From the human T2T-CHM13v2.0 reference genome, Homo sapiens: DNA of 64,000 nt. The notes under the pieces are model-generated. The model was not told the origin of the DNA, did not search any database, and saw only the letters and a program-made list of their open reading frames with translations. A program made the translations under genes and the position numbers. Location: NCBI RefSeq assembly GCF_009914755.1, contig NC_060936.1. One strand, written 5' to 3'. Positions 1 through 16,232 of this stretch are shown piece by piece. Every line of letters starts with the position of its first letter. Position 1 is the stretch's first letter.

Positions 1-679
1 AGAAGCAGCCAAGTGGGACTCCTGGCTCCAGCTAGTTTCTGTAGCTGTGGTCAGGCTGGGGCTGGGGCCAGCTCTGGCCTCCTCTCAGAGGCTTCTGCAT
101 TCACAAGTCTGGTGCCTGGGTTTGGGTATTCCTAGGGCATCTTTCTCTCTCTCTGTAGTCTGGCCATGTGATCTTTCAGCATGGGCTTCAAGGGGGACAT
201 GATGGGCTCTACATGGTGGCTCAGGACTCCAAAGCTATCTTAAGATAAAGAGCCAGGCAGGAATCTTTTATGAACTCATCTTGGAAGTCAGTAGCAAGGG
301 TGGGAGACAGTCCTTTACTTGAACCCACTTCACTGACTTTACTGCTGTTAATTTCACTTAGCTTAACACATATGAATTGAGTGACCACTAAGGGCAGGGT
401 ACCATGCCATGTGCTGGAGATTTAAAGATGAATAAGACATGCTTCCTCCCTTCAATTTGTTTTTAATTTGGGGGATGCACCCAAAGCCATTGTTTCCTTT
501 AGGTTGCACACTGATTACTTCAGTAATTGATATAACATATATTGGGCACTTCAAACCCTAGTTCTACCACTTGCTAACAGGTTTAAATGAATTAACCCAT
601 GTAAAACTTAGCCCAGTACCTGGCTTATGGTAAGGGCTCAATGAGTGTCAGCTTTGCTGGTTAACTGCCTGTTTGCACT

Positions 680-1080
680 CAGATCAGTCCTGGACCTTCC
701 CTTGCTCTGCTCTGTATTTCAAGAAACTACATTCCCTGGGCTCCCTGTAACTCCCAGGAAGGGTCAGCCATTTGGAGGAAGACCAGTGGAAGACCAGAAG
801 ACAGAATTTGGATAGAGGCAGAATATTGTCCCCCTTCTCTCTGCATCCTGTGGCATCTCCTCCATGGCTCCAGCTCAGATCCTGATGTGGTTTCAGCTCC
901 CACAGGGCAGCCTGCTGCTGTTCCTCCAACCCTAGGAACTGTTTCCCACTACTTCTAATCTCGAAGCTGCCTTATGAGCATCAGTTTGCTTTCTCATCTC
1001 TGCTGTGTCTTGAATAACCCATTTCCTGTATTAAATTCCCCTAGATTGAAAGACCTAAAGTGGTTCATATTTCCTGGTTG
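680..1080 (+). mobile_element. ERVL-type LTR fragment (LTR33-like)
   Basis: 3' end ttaaattcccctagattgaaagacctaaagtggttcatatttcctgg resembles recalled LTR33 terminus. Confidence 0.5.
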
Positions 1081-1095
1081 AAAGAGTTAGCTTCA

Positions 1096-1379
<284 letters not shown>

Positions 1380-1394
1380 CTAATATTAGTATTA

Positions 1395-1560
1395 GTATCT
1401 CATTTAACTGTATAACAGCTCTATCAGGTGGGTGCCTTTATTATTGTCCTTTTATAGATGGGGAAACTGAGGCAAAGGAAGATTAAGTAACTTGTCTCAA
1501 ATCGCATAGTAAGTGGTGGAGGCAGAATATGAACCCAAATCTGTCTTCAGTCCAGTTCCT
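1395..1560 (-). mobile_element. MIR
   Basis: Core tagatggggaaactgaggc...taagtaacttg. Confidence 0.8.
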
Positions 1561-4268
1561 GATGTGCACAATCAGGTAAAGTCGCTATCTACCTACTAGC
1601 TGAGCTTTTAGAAGCCTCTTTTTACTCTTTAAGGCACTACCAAAGTTGGGGAAGTTTGCCTCTTGATATCCAGCAGTTCTTTCTTTCTGGGAGTCTCTCC
1701 ACGCCAGTTTCTCATAAAGCTCTTGTGAAAACGCATGAATGAATAAAATATATGTGGTTTATTTCTGCATTGCTCTGTTTTAGTGATTTATTGATAATTT
1801 AGAAGGCTTTACTGTCTAATGTATGGGCAGATCATAGGTAGTTGATTAAGAGCGAGACTAGTGGTCATGTCTATAAAACACTGAGCATGGGCCCTGGGAA
1901 GAAAGAAATGTAACCTCACATGATAAAATTGTTTCGCTGGTGTAGCTAAAGTCAATTGCTGATATCTTTTTCTAAAAAGCCATCCATAATAGTCCAAGGA
2001 ATGCCCATGTCATTCAAAAGATACTCAAAATTGAGAACAGCTGCCTTCAAGTGGGACAAAACGTGAGGGAAAGCTTTACAAAGTGGAAAATTACAATGGT
2101 TCCCCCGAGCCTGGCATGAGGAATGAAACATCAGATTAATCTCACACACAAAATAAGAAGTATATTAACAATTACTGTCATTCCAGAAAGAGATTAAACA
2201 TGAGCATTGATGAAAGATTACTTTGGTTCAGAGAACTGGGGCTTTTTCCTCGCAACAAAGATCATTATTATTGGCAAGAAGATACTTTACCCTTTTAATC
2301 ACAAATCCACTCTCAGCTTTTGCCAGTTAGGCAAGGACTAAATTTGAGGTGAGCTGATCATTGAGGACTTCCCTGGAGCCTGGGTAACCTTGGCGAGTCT
2401 GGTTGAGCTGGGAATGTAACAGGCTTACTACTTTTTGCTTTTGTGTGATTCCATCTTCCTATGCTCCAGCTGTGAAAATCATTTCTGTCCAGCACCTCAG
2501 GTTATTTGAAGATTGGTTACATCCTCCCCACTTTGGTATTTCTACTGTAAACAATACTGGAATGAGGTATTTAATGAGGACTTTTGAAATGGGATCCAGT
2601 TTCAATGGGATGCCTGAGAGTGTCAGGGGAAAGATACCACATCCCCTACACTTTATACCCCTGCCCCCTGCCCCAGGAAACGAGTCTTTTCCTGTTTCTT
2701 CATTCAAAGCATCCTCCTTCCACAGTTAGCACTGAAGCTGATAGGGCTCAAAGCCACATGTAGGCAATAAGGTTAGAGAAACCATTCTTCAGCTTTAACT
2801 CCTTAGCATTTTCCCCCTGACTCATTTCCTGATTCATGAGCGCAAGACACGGTAGGCAATTAATTTTCATTTTATTCAGAGAGAGCTCACCTGATAGGTC
2901 TGATGAATCCTTTTCTGTGGGAATTCCAAAAGACCAAAGCAAAACCAGTTCAAGCCCAAGATGAGTCTCATTAAATCCCAAGCTCACCAAGCTCGAATCA
3001 TGAGACTGGGTGTGGTCTATGGTCTTGCAAGCCCATGCTTGAATGAAGTATTAGAGGCAGGCACACAGTGCTGATCTTTCAGATTCGCTGCCTCCTTATC
3101 AGTAATGCAAACAGCAGCCCTCAGAGCTTAGAGCAGGCACAGAGCAGAAAAATCCTAGGGATCAGGATACAACTTTACTGAGGTTCCAGACAATATATAT
3201 GGAGAAGGGGCCAGCATGGGATCCAGAGAGCAGGTGGCAGCCATGCCCTGACCTTGGGCCCTTGGTGCTCAGGCCAAACCTGACACCAGCTAAAGGATAA
3301 TGAATGAAGAACAAAAAGAAATGGTTTAGCTGGGTGGTTGTCCATGCACCCAGCTAAAGCTCAATTATTGGGCTGTTTGTACATTTTACAGTATGACACC
3401 ATATCAGTTTTTAGAACACGGCAAAGAACCTTTCCAACTTTCAATCAGCAAACTTAGAAGAGTCTCCACGCTTCCTGTCTCATCGCCCTCAGCAAGCAGA
3501 GTTCCTGAGCCAATGCAGGGACAAGACTTTGCTCTAACTGTCAGCAATTATTAATAACTGCAACTCCTCCATGCAAGCAATGGATTCAGAATGAACTAGA
3601 ATTTTCTAGTCTTAACTCCAAACACCCAGGAAATGGAGTCCAGCTGGCTCAGTCTGAGTCACATACTCACAATTGGCCCAATCATCTTTGGGTAAGGTGA
3701 CATGGGCCTCATAGAACATACATGGCTGCCTGGGGCCCATCCCTGTGGGCGAGGGGACAGACTAGGGTCCTTGTAAGCTGCCAGAACCTATAAGTAGTGT
3801 GTCTTATAGTTGTCTCGCAGAGAAAGAAGACCTGGGCAGTGATTCCTATTTTTCCTAGAATCGAATGTCCCTATCACACTACACATTCCTTCTTTAAATT
3901 CTCCACTTTCTGGCTTAATTGTGCTTTCAGAATTTGGGACATGTACTGTTAGATAGACACAATGCTAAAGATCCCAGATCCTAGTTTTTGCATTTTGCAA
4001 CATGGCGGCAAGTTTTTCTGTATCTGACTCTAGGCTCAGCATTAGCTAGATCCACCAAGATGATGGCCAAGTTAGATGAATCACCAGACTGTAATGCATA
4101 GTTACCAAGATATGCCAGACATTTTCAACCTTTCATCCTTTATTCTTCTTGTCTTCTCAGCCTGGAATAGCCTTAAATAATCCAGCTACTGAAATCCTGC
4201 TCATTATCCTTAAGACACAGTTCATATGCCAATTCGTCCCTGAAGTCTCCTTTAGTCCTTCCAAGTTT

Positions 4269-4451
4269 TGAGTTGTCAGATTTAGCAAATGAAATAGAGA
4301 ATGCCCAGTTACATTTGAATTTCAGATACACAATGAATAATCTTTTCTATAAGTATGTCCTAAATATTTCATAGAGCATACTTATACTGAAAAATTACCT
4401 GTTGTTTTTAAAATTTAACTTGATGTCCCACATTTTAATCTGGTAATCCTA
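4269..4451. mobile_element. MER53 palindromic non-autonomous DNA element
   Basis: gagttgtcagatttagcaaat...cccagttacatttgaatttcagata...tataagtatgtcc/catacttatac...tctggtaatcc; self-complementary. Confidence 0.8.
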
Positions 4452-4829
4452 CCCTAGTTGGGTTTAGGTATAACCTCTTCTTGCCCGACATTTTGTCTGC
4501 ACTTTATCTTTCACATTTATTTTATTTAGCCATGGAGTAGTGGGTCATTTCTGTTTTCTCCTTTCTCACTAAATTGTAAGATACCTGAATGCAGAATTGT
4601 TCCTTATTTATCTTTATCTTTTTATCTTATTTATCTTTTTATCTCCTCCACATCACCTAGGATGTGTATAGGATCACCTGTCCTATACACAGTAGGAATT
4701 AATAACTATTCCAGTTAGTGAATGAAAATTTTGTTGAATCTAAGCCTTTGGCTGTCACATATATGAGATGTATGTTTGCAACCAAAGTCCAAACTACTCC
4801 CAAATAATAGTAATACATGTCTTTTATTT

Positions 4830-5060
4830 GAACAGTTAAATGCCAACAACTGTACTAAGGGCTTTATATCCGATCTAAAAAAGTAAACCATACTACTATC
4901 CTATGAGTAGATAGAATAATCCCATTTTACAGATGAAAACAGATGAGGATTCAGAGGTTGCAATAATATGCCCAAAGTCACAAAGCTAAGAATTAGCAGA
5001 GTCAGGATTCAAACTTTAGACATGCCTGTCTCCAAAGCTAGTAAGTTAATCTTATCTACC
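4830..5060 (-). mobile_element. MIR
   Basis: cccattttacagatga...cccaaagtcacaaagctaag...caggattcaaac. Confidence 0.8.
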
Positions 5061-5104
5061 CTCACACCAAAGAAAGACTGGGTGTGTCTCTGTTTTTGCT
5101 AGAA

Positions 5105-5600
5105 TATTGGTTCAGCTGGTTTTATTTTTTATAGTGACCAAAATTTTAGTGGCTTCAATGGATAGAAGTTCATTTCTCTCTTATGTACTAATATAAATCA
5201 GAGTTGACAGTCCAGGGGAGTAGGCGGTTCTGCTCTCCAAGGTCCCTCAGACACCTGGGTCCTTCTATCTTGCTGTTTCACAATCTCCATGGCTGCTGCC
5301 CTTCCTGCAGGATTGATGCAGCTCACCCATCTACATTCCAGTCTATGGGATTGGAAAAGTAGGAAATGAAATGCAAGCAACTTCCTTTTAAGAATATGGT
5401 CCTGCCTTTGTTCACACTTCCCTTCCACTACATCCATTGGCCCCAAGATAGGCACAGAGCCACACCTCACTGCATGGAAAGTGGAACATGTAGTCTTCAG
5501 GTGGTTGTCCTTACACCCAGCTAAAGCTTAAGAGTTCTTTACTTAAAGGAAGAAGGGGACAATGTGTGTTGGGTGGGTCCAGCAATCTCTGTGACAGTCA
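5105..5600 (-). mobile_element. Old MaLR LTR (MLT1I/J/K-like)
   Basis: agtggcttcaa...catttctctctta...catccattggccc...cacacctcactgca typical of MLT1. Confidence 0.55.
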
Positions 5601-6159
5601 TCAGAGTAAAGGAGGCAGGGCAGATGTTATGAGTGGGAGAAGATAAATTCAGGGAGCAGAGGAGTCAGGGAGGTGAGAGCAAGGAGACAGCAAGAGGACA
5701 GTGGTAGACACACGGCTGAGTTATGGGCTGTGCTAGGTCTCCCTGTTCCCAGAGGTCTGCTGTGAAGGTGGGTGCAGTGGGCATCTGCCATCCTTTCTGG
5801 TCACCTGATACCCTGACCACACTTCCTATGTGGGAGAGATTTCTCACTGAATGAACCAACTCCCCCCTTAATAAATGAACTCGCCCATCCCCGCCTAGAT
5901 AGAAGCCAGAAACTTGATTTTTGAGCCTCCTTGGTAGCCAAGACACAGTCAAGAGGCTGTATCTGCTCTAGATAATGAACTAGAAACAAGTGAAGTGGAA
6001 AAGCGGCTTCTGGGTAGAATCCATTCTAATGAAAATGGTGGCAAACACCTCCATTTATAAGAGACAGTAGGAACAGAGGTTCCAGTAGTAGCAGAGCTCA
6101 GTGTTGGTGGTGTAAACTGAAGAAGCTATGCCCAAGGGTGGCACCCATAGGGCTATGGT

Positions 6160-6640
6160 AGACTGAATAACTGTCTGCACTCTTCGTGTTCTCCCTGTAA
6201 TAGAATCTATGCCTTTAACCATGTGACTTTGCAGTGCCTCCCATGGCAGAAGACAGAGTCTACATTCTAGACCCGTTGACTGAGGGCTTGGTTGTGTGAC
6301 TTGGTTTGAGCCATGGACAGTAGATGAAAGGGACAGCATCTCAGAGAGGCCTTAAGAAGCATGGTGAGTTTCCATCAGCCCACTTGAGCCTCTTTCCTCA
6401 CCATGAGAAGACTACGTTCCATGTAACCATTGCCGCTTCAATCTGGGTCTTAGAAGGAAGACACCTGAAACAGAACTGAAACTGACCTGAACTCTAAACC
6501 AAACTCCAGTTTGCTCAGCTGAGCCCAGCCAAGATTAGCCAAGCCACAACAGATCCAAGAACAGAGAATAAAATGCTCATTGTTGAGATTGGAGAATAAT
6601 TTGCTATATGGCCCTACTACAGAAGAAACCTGACTAATAC
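6160..6640 (+). mobile_element. MaLR LTR (MLT1G/H-like)
   Basis: atgtgactttgcagtgcctccc...gggcttggttgtgtgacttgg...aataaaatgctcattgtt...ctgactaatac. Confidence 0.6.
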
Positions 6641-8326
6641 CATTTCCTACTGGTGTGTTTCTGAGGTATATTTGGGCAAGGCTGATGTTGAGCAAGTATG
6701 TTCCAGAACAGTTGCAGAGGTTATCTACCACCTTCCACTCCTCTGATTACTTGGAGCCTGTGTCATGAAGTTGTCAAATATTTGATGGTTGTCCTTAGGT
6801 TTGGTTGTTTCTGGCAATGTGGCTACCATATTTGATTCTCTAGCCTTTCTGGAGATTCTGTGATGTACCTGATATCCTTGGATAAATTAATTTTCTGCAT
6901 ATATTAGGGGTAAGTCATGTTTTGGTTTGCAACTTAAAACCCTGGCTAAGAGAGGGTCAGCAGGGGTAGGAGAGTATCAAAATCAAGGCCACGTAAGATG
7001 TCTCTCACCTCCCTCAGTGACCACAGGACATTTTCCAATTTGCTTCATGGAAGCACTTCAGGATTTGCTAGCTTTGGACTTTGGGTAAAAGTGTAAACAA
7101 TCTAAGAACTCTGATTCTAGATTTTACAATTTGGCACTGGTACTTAAGATTCTTCTCCTTGGTACTGCCGGGGCAGACTATTTTTTCTTTCAGGCCAGTG
7201 GAAAGAAGACTTGGCTGTGACCCAAGAGACCTGGGCTCCAATCCCAACTGTGCCAGCAAGCTGCAAGACCTTGAGAAAGGGTGTTCCTTTTTTGGGTCTT
7301 AGTTTTCCTGTATCCAGAATCCCAGGACAATAACATCTGCTTTCCTTTTTATGATGGTGGCCAGGAAAAAAAGAAATCATGGGAATATGTCATGGAAAGC
7401 CACAAGATCTGAATAAATGCAAAGTGTTTTGTGTGCATCTGTGTTTAATATGTAGGGTGGCATTAAGTAAGTACAAATGTATACATAAGCACACATGCAG
7501 TCAAGAAGGAAATGTGCAAACTTTTTTTTGTGGTTTATCTTGGGGCTATGAGGTTACAGTTGATTTAAGTACTCTTAAATGCCCCTGCATTTTCGACATC
7601 TTTTATAATGATCATGCATTACTTATTTAATAAAAAGATTATTTTTAAAAGAATAGAAATGCATTAATGTGCTATGTTAACGTAGGATATTTATTATAGA
7701 AATTCTTTTGAAAGCATGACTCTTATCAAGTAGAAGTAAATATGAGGACAGGCAGGGAAAATGGAGAGAGGAAATGGGAGGAAATGGTAGGAAGGAGGTA
7801 CTCCCTTGTCATCAGGGCACTGGACCCTTATAGAAAGAAAGATGAGGAAAGGGGTATGGCAGAGGGATCACCTTTCTACACCCAGGGAACCCCTCTGTAA
7901 TGTGGCACTTTGAGTCATGGAATCATTCATCACTCGATAAGGCCGTGCCCACCAAATGCACGGGAAGTTGAAAAGAAACCTGATCTCCCCAGCATTAGCC
8001 TATAAGGTTATGTTGTTGCTGTCCCCCAGCACCAGAGCAATAAAGGATCTGGTTACATAGATCCTCAGGAAATCCTCAGGAAATAATCTGAGCATATGAG
8101 CCCGGTGAAGAGGGGCCAAGAATTTTCTCTGGGTCCTAGGTTTTTTGAGATGCCTGCAGCAACCATCTTCCAAAAAGATTTTCCCATTGTAAATACAATG
8201 ATTAAGAGGATGAAGGAAAGTGAGGCTACAAGCTGAGTGTAAGCACAGAAGCCACAGGCTTTGGTTGAGCTGTTTGCCACCTCATCCCCATCCTACTATT
8301 TTACCCCAACAAGACTCTGACCCTGT

Positions 8327-8378
8327 CGAGAGAGACAGACAGACAGAGAGAGAGAGAGAGACAGACAGAGAGAGAGAG
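8327..8378 (+). repeat. (GA)n/(GACA)n microsatellite
   Basis: Seen directly. Confidence 0.9.
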
Positions 8379-8559
8379 AAATGCATTCTCCTCTCTTCCC
8401 TTAATTCATGCTTCCTAAAAAGTTGCCAGGTCCATTCCACAAACCTTTATGGAGCAACTAGTATGTTCCAAGCACAGTGCAAAGCTCAGGAGTACAAGAT
8501 AATGTCCCAAGATTAGTCTAAAGTGGCATACAGGTTCTCTAAGAAAGGTAGAGTTAATA

Positions 8560-8790
8560 ATGATCATTGCTAATATTTTTGAGGGTTCACTATGTACCAG
8601 GCACGTGCACTTTCCGTGGGTTATCTCATTTGAGCCTCACACCAATACTATGAGGTAAGTGCTATTATTGTCCCTATTTTACAAATGGGAAAACTTTGGC
8701 CTGGGGACTTTGATTTGCTGAGGTCACACAGCTTACTAGCAAAGGAGAAAATGTGTGAATCTAATAACCTGGCTCCAAGCCCACCTGCTT
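8560..8790 (-). mobile_element. MIR
   Basis: atctcatttgagcctcac...tattttacaaatgggaaaact...ggtcacacagc. Confidence 0.8.
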
Positions 8791-9399
8791 AGTTGCTCTG
8801 CAGTACAGTGCAGAGGCAGGAAACAGAGGAGGGTAGTCCAGTCAGCCTGGGGAAGATCAGAGGTGGCTTCATGGAAGAGGTGACCATTGAGCTGGGTCTT
8901 GAAGCATAAGCAGGAGTTTGCTTGAGGACAAGGAGGCAGGAAGGGTAAGACAGTAGGAGAGCAGAATATTCTGAGGCAAGGGGTAGAGAGACAGGTTGGC
9001 CTCTTGTGGAAATACCACATATTCTGTTACAGTTAGAAGGTAGGGGGCCAGCAGGCGTAGGCTGTGAAGGGTGAGGAGCCTGTTGAGATCTTGGCTCAGC
9101 AACTCCCACACCTGGTGGCTTCCCCTCAGAATCAATCACGGACATGTGGATTTGCCAGCAGGCAGCAGGTGAGCCAGCAGGGGCCTCACAGACCCGACAC
9201 TCCCAGCCCAGCTGGGGCTCCTTTCCAAGGAGCTGAGTTGGGTCTTTTCCAGAATATTCCCTGGTGGACCTGAAGGCAGCCTGTCTGAGTGCCAGATACA
9301 GCAGCTGGGTTGGAATATGAGAGGGAAAAGTTATGGCCGGAAGAGAGGAGAAGACTTTTACCTGAAATGCGCAGTGGTCAGGACTGCAGGCTTTGCCCA

Positions 9400-10395
9400 A
9401 GAATCACGGATTTGAAGCCCAGCTCCTGCATTTACCTATGGTGTGATCTTCAGTATGTCACTTACCTGCTCTGTTCCTCAAGTGTGTCTTCTGTAAATTT
9501 GAGAACCATCATAGGTATTTCTTAGGCTATTGGTGAAGGTTAAATGAAGCAATTCATATCCAGGACTTAATGCAATGCCTTGCACAGAGTAAACACTCAG
9601 TTAATAGTGATCTTTATTATAAGCAGTCATGGCTACTCGTTCAACATTCATTCAAAAAAGATTTATTGAGTGTTTTTTTATGCCTGGCGCTGGATTATGG
9701 CCATGAACAAGGAATACAAAGTTCTTGCCCTCCTGGAGTTTATATTTTAGGGAGGGAGACAGACAATAAGCAATTAATATTTTTAATAATTCCAGATAGT
9801 GGTGAGTGCTGTGCAGATAATAAAAGAGTAAAATGTGTGCGTGTGTGTGTGCATGCACGTGCACATGTGAGCTTTAGATGAGACCATGAGATTAGGCTGT
9901 CTCTTGAGGAGTTGACATTTGAGCAGAGATCTGAATCAAAGAAGCTTATCTTGTCCAAATATAGAGCAAGAATGATTCAGGCAGAGGACATAACAAATGT
10001 AAAGGCCAGGAGGCAGGGAATCACTTAATATATTCAAGGAATTACCAGAAAGACAATGAGCTGGAAGTAGGAGAGTGATGGGAGATTAGGGAGGTTAATA
10101 ATGATAACAATAATAACTTCTATTGAGCACTTGCTTAGGGTTAGGTAATTCCCACTCAGTCTCTTCACAGGCTCTACAAGGAAGGGGCGATTAAAGTTCC
10201 CATTTTACAATTGAGAAATTAAGACCCAGCAAAGCAAAGGAGCTTGCCCAAGGTCACATAGCCAATATGGGGCTGCAGAGCCAGGACTTGGGCCCAGGAA
10301 ATGGCCCCAGAGCTCATTCATGATCACTGCCCTATTCTACCCTCACTGGGAAGGCACTCAACTGTGTGTCCAGCTCTATGCTTGGCAGAGGGAGG

Positions 10396-10431
<36 letters not shown>

Positions 10432-10930
10432 TGCGTGTATATTTGTGAGTGTGTGTGCATATTTGTGAGTGTGTGTGCAAGAACTGGGATCAGGGGAGGA
10501 AGAGAGTGAGGATTACAGATGTTTCTTTGCTCTTAGTTGTGGAAGGAAGACTGATACACAAGAAAGCATGATGATTAATTCAAGATGAAATATAATTAAG
10601 TGACAAGTTACATGGCCCTGACCCTAGTGCCTTGAGAACTTTCTAGAGAAGAGCAAATTGATGAAGGGATGAAAGGGAAGCAGGAGAGTTTAGTGATTAA
10701 AAGTAAGGACCCCAGAACTAGACTCTAGGACTCAAATCTCAGCTCTTCCACTTATCAGCAATGTGATTTGGGGCAAATTACTTAAGCCTCTCTCTGCCAG
10801 TTTGCTCATCTATAAAATGGGAACGATGACAGTACCTACCTCACAGGTTTGTTGAGGATTAAACAAATGAGTTGATGCACATACAGCACTCATAATAGTG
10901 CCTAGCAGAAAATAAGAAGTAAACACATGT
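9400..10930. mobile_element. Cluster of MIR (+ 9400-9620, - 10100-10340, + 10680-10930) and L2 (- 9640-10080) fragments
   Basis: MIR cores; L2 3' end cattcattcaaaaaagatttattgagtg. Confidence 0.7.
10401..10478 (+). repeat. (TG)n microsatellite followed by a 20-bp tandem duplication
   Basis: gtgtgt run, then atatttgtgagtgtgtgtgc twice. Confidence 0.9.
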
Positions 10931-11789
10931 TCACCATGATCAAGATTTGTTTTTTGCTATTTTCATCCTAGATTTTAAAAACTGACTTCACAGATATAAC
11001 ACACATGTTCAATAGCCTCTTTACTTATTAATGCATTTATTCCTACTAACCCTCAATGTTGTAATTTCAATATAGGTGATCTCTATAGTGATGATATTAA
11101 AGATGATCCCTCCCCAGCACCTGACACACTAGTGTTTCAGTTCCTTGAACTTCTTTCCTCTAATGACCTTCTCCTCTACCTTCTCTCAGTCACTGTGTCC
11201 CAGGGCCACACCCTATAACTTCACCCCATCACTAATCTTGATTTCTTGTGTCCACCTTCTAAACACTATGGTCTCAAGTACCCCAACTCCAACAATCCTT
11301 TGTCCTCATTGGGACCCCCAGTTGCTCAATCCTACCATGTCGCTATTCATGGTCAACCATTAAAATAACTGCCTTGTGAATATCTCCAACTCCTTTGTCC
11401 CCCTCCGGCTTTGCCATCCTCTCTTGGCAAAACAAAGCCCTGGTTAAATGCAGTCCTACCTACTCTATACTCAAACCTGTGCAGCTGAAAGTGGCTAGAG
11501 AAAAATCACACCACTTCCTGCTGGTGTTACTTTAAATTCCTGACCACAGACTTCATATGGATTTCTCCGGTGAATCCACTCTCTCACTGTGTAGATGAGC
11601 TTCTGCTTCTATCTAAAGTCAATCCCTCTTCTCGTTTGCCAGATCTTATGCCCTCTTGTCTACCAAAGGGTATCCCCTCAGCAATTCTCTCCTCTCTGTC
11701 CTGGAATTTTTCCTCTACAAGATCACTGACAGCAGCATACAAACCTGTTTTCTTTCTTTCTTCTTAATACATTTTTATCCAGCCCCACT

Positions 11790-13865
<2,076 letters not shown>

Positions 13866-15474
13866 CCCCTCCACAGAGCTGTTTATATTTGCTGTAGTAA
13901 CCAGTGTCATTCTCTACTCTGGCTGGCCTTTGGCCTTACTCTGCTGCTGAACTGCTCTTCTCAAGGTTACCAATGACCTCCACATTCCTAAAGCCAATGG
14001 TCCATTCTCAGTGCAAAGTCTATCTTACTTGACTAGAACACAGCATCTGACACAGTTGACACTGCATTCTAGTCTCTCTTCCCCTGAAAGAGTTTCTTCC
14101 CTTGGCTTCTCAGATGCCATGCTCTTCTGGTTTTCCCTTCTGCCCTTTCACAGTCTCCTTTGTTGGTTCCTCCTTTTTTATTTGACATAAGGAAGGCCTC
14201 AGCCGTTGGTCCTCTTCTCTCTCTACCTTTGCTTCTGAAGTGACCTTGTCCTGTCTCATGGCTTTAAAGACCAACTCTATGCCAATGACTCCCAAGTACA
14301 TAACTCCAGCTTAGAGCTCTCTTTGGTACCCACTCATATAGCCAACCACCTACACTTGGATGTCAATAGATACCCTGATCTTCATATGTCCTAAGCTGAC
14401 TTGTGAGCCTCTCCCACACCCACCCCACCTGCATTCTTCTCCATCTCAGTGAATGACAACTCAGTCCTTCCAGTTGCTCAGGCCAGAAAACCTGGAGTCA
14501 TCCTTGACTTCCCTCTCTCCACTCCACATCGAGTCCACCAGGAAACCCTGCTGCTTCCCTCTCCAAAATAAGCCCAGAACCCTCCAAGCCTTTACCACTC
14601 TTCTACTGTCATCATGGTTCATGCCATGATCATCTCTGGCCTGAATATTAAAATATCTTCCTCACTGCTTTTCAAGCTTACTCCCTTGCCCCACTAATGC
14701 TAGAGCCAGAAGTATCCTTCTAAAATGTGAATCTGGTTACATCACTTTTCTACTCGAAACCTTGCAATGGCTCCTATTTCATTTGGAGTAAAAGCCAAAG
14801 TCGTCATAGAAACCTAAAGGTATTTCACGACCTCTCCCCTCCCCATCGCCAATACTTCCCACCCCCTCACCCCCAGCTAATAACCTCTCTGACCTCACCT
14901 CCAACTACCTCCTTCCTGCCTCATTCCGCTCCAGCCACACAGCCCTCCTCGCTGCTTTGAACACGTGAGGCATACTCCATTCTTAGGGACTTTTGCACTC
15001 ATTGATCACTCTGCTTGGAACACTTTCCCCTTGGAAGCCTGCGTGGTCCATTCCGCCCTTCCCTCAGGCCACTGCTCAAAGGTCGTCTTCTCTATGAAAC
15101 CCACCTTCACCAAAACCACCAGATGAAACTGTAAACAGCACTGATCCAAACTCCTGATCCTCCCCATGCTATTCTCTTCCCCATCATTCTTATCATTTGC
15201 TAACATAATATATTATTTATTTATTGAAACATTTTTGGTTTGTTGTTCTCTACACTTTGCAGGAATTTAAGCTCCTTGAGGGCAAGGATTTTTTTATCTT
15301 TGTCTCTCCACTGACATACCCCAAATTCCTGGAATAGAACCTACCATCTCACAGGAGCTCAACAAATACTTGTTGAAATGCCATAGGCACTTCTCATGTG
15401 CCAGGCACTCTATTTGCCACTAGAGAAACAGATATGAGAAGACCTGCTCCTTGTCAGCATGGAGTGGAGAGTTT

Positions 15475-15660
15475 AGAGTGATGTTTCTCAAAGTGGAGTC
15501 TGGTGAATTCCAACATCACATTCACCTGGGGCATTTTTTCAAAATGCAGATTCCCAGGCCTTGTCAAGAGCTACTGAATCACAATTTCAAAAAATGGGGA
15601 CTGGGACTCTGTATTTTTAATAAGTCTCTTTGGTGTTCCTTCTGTCTGTCAGTTGGGAAG
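15475..15660. mobile_element. MER5-type hAT MITE
   Basis: tgtttctcaaagtg...aaaatgcagattcccaggcc...tactgaatca...tgtatttttaataag. Confidence 0.7.
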
Positions 15661-15933
15661 CAAGGGTCTAGTGGAACTACGACCCACAGTTCTGGGAAAT
15701 AGTATTTGTCCCCAAGTTTATTACAACAACTTGGCCAAGTCACTTTACCTACTTGGCCTTAGTTTATTCAAATACCCAGTGAGATTAAAATGTATTAAAG
15801 GATACCTTTGGCAACCTACAGAGTAGTACAGATATGCCCTTGCTATAGTCCACTGGAGAAAATTTCTGGACTGCTTTGGGTAGCAGTAACAGGCAACAAA
15901 ATCCTTTGTTATGTGTACAAAAAGCTATGCTTC

Positions 15934-16232
15934 TTTTTTTTTTTTTTTTTTGAGACGGAGTCTTGCTCTGTTGCCCAGGCTCGAGTTCAGTGGTGCAATC
16001 TCAGCTTACTGCAAGCTCCACCTCCCGGGTTCATGCCATTCTCCTGCCTCAGCCTCCTGAGTAGCTGGGACTACAGGCGCCTGCCACCATGCCTGGCTAG
16101 TTTTTTGTATTTTTAGTAGAGACGGGGTTTCACTGTGTTAGTCAGGATGGTCTCGATCTCCTGACCTTGTGATCCGCCTGCCTCGGCCTCCCAAAGTGCT
16201 GGGATTACAGGCGTGAGCCACTGCACCTGGCC
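15934..16232 (-). mobile_element. AluY
   Basis: Diagnostic gcaagctccacctcccgggttcatgccattctcc and ggatggtctcgatctcctgacc; TSD aa(a/g)gctatgctt. Confidence 0.93.

Noticed and set aside
3220-3245. CTCF-like motif gagcaggtggcagc (also gccagcaggggcc at ~9173)
   Set aside because: Only partial matches; cannot be supported without PWM or ChIP data.
8789-9400. Longest ORF (203 aa, minus strand)
   Set aside because: Non-ATG start, overlaps L2-like sequence, no recognisable domain; chance ORF.
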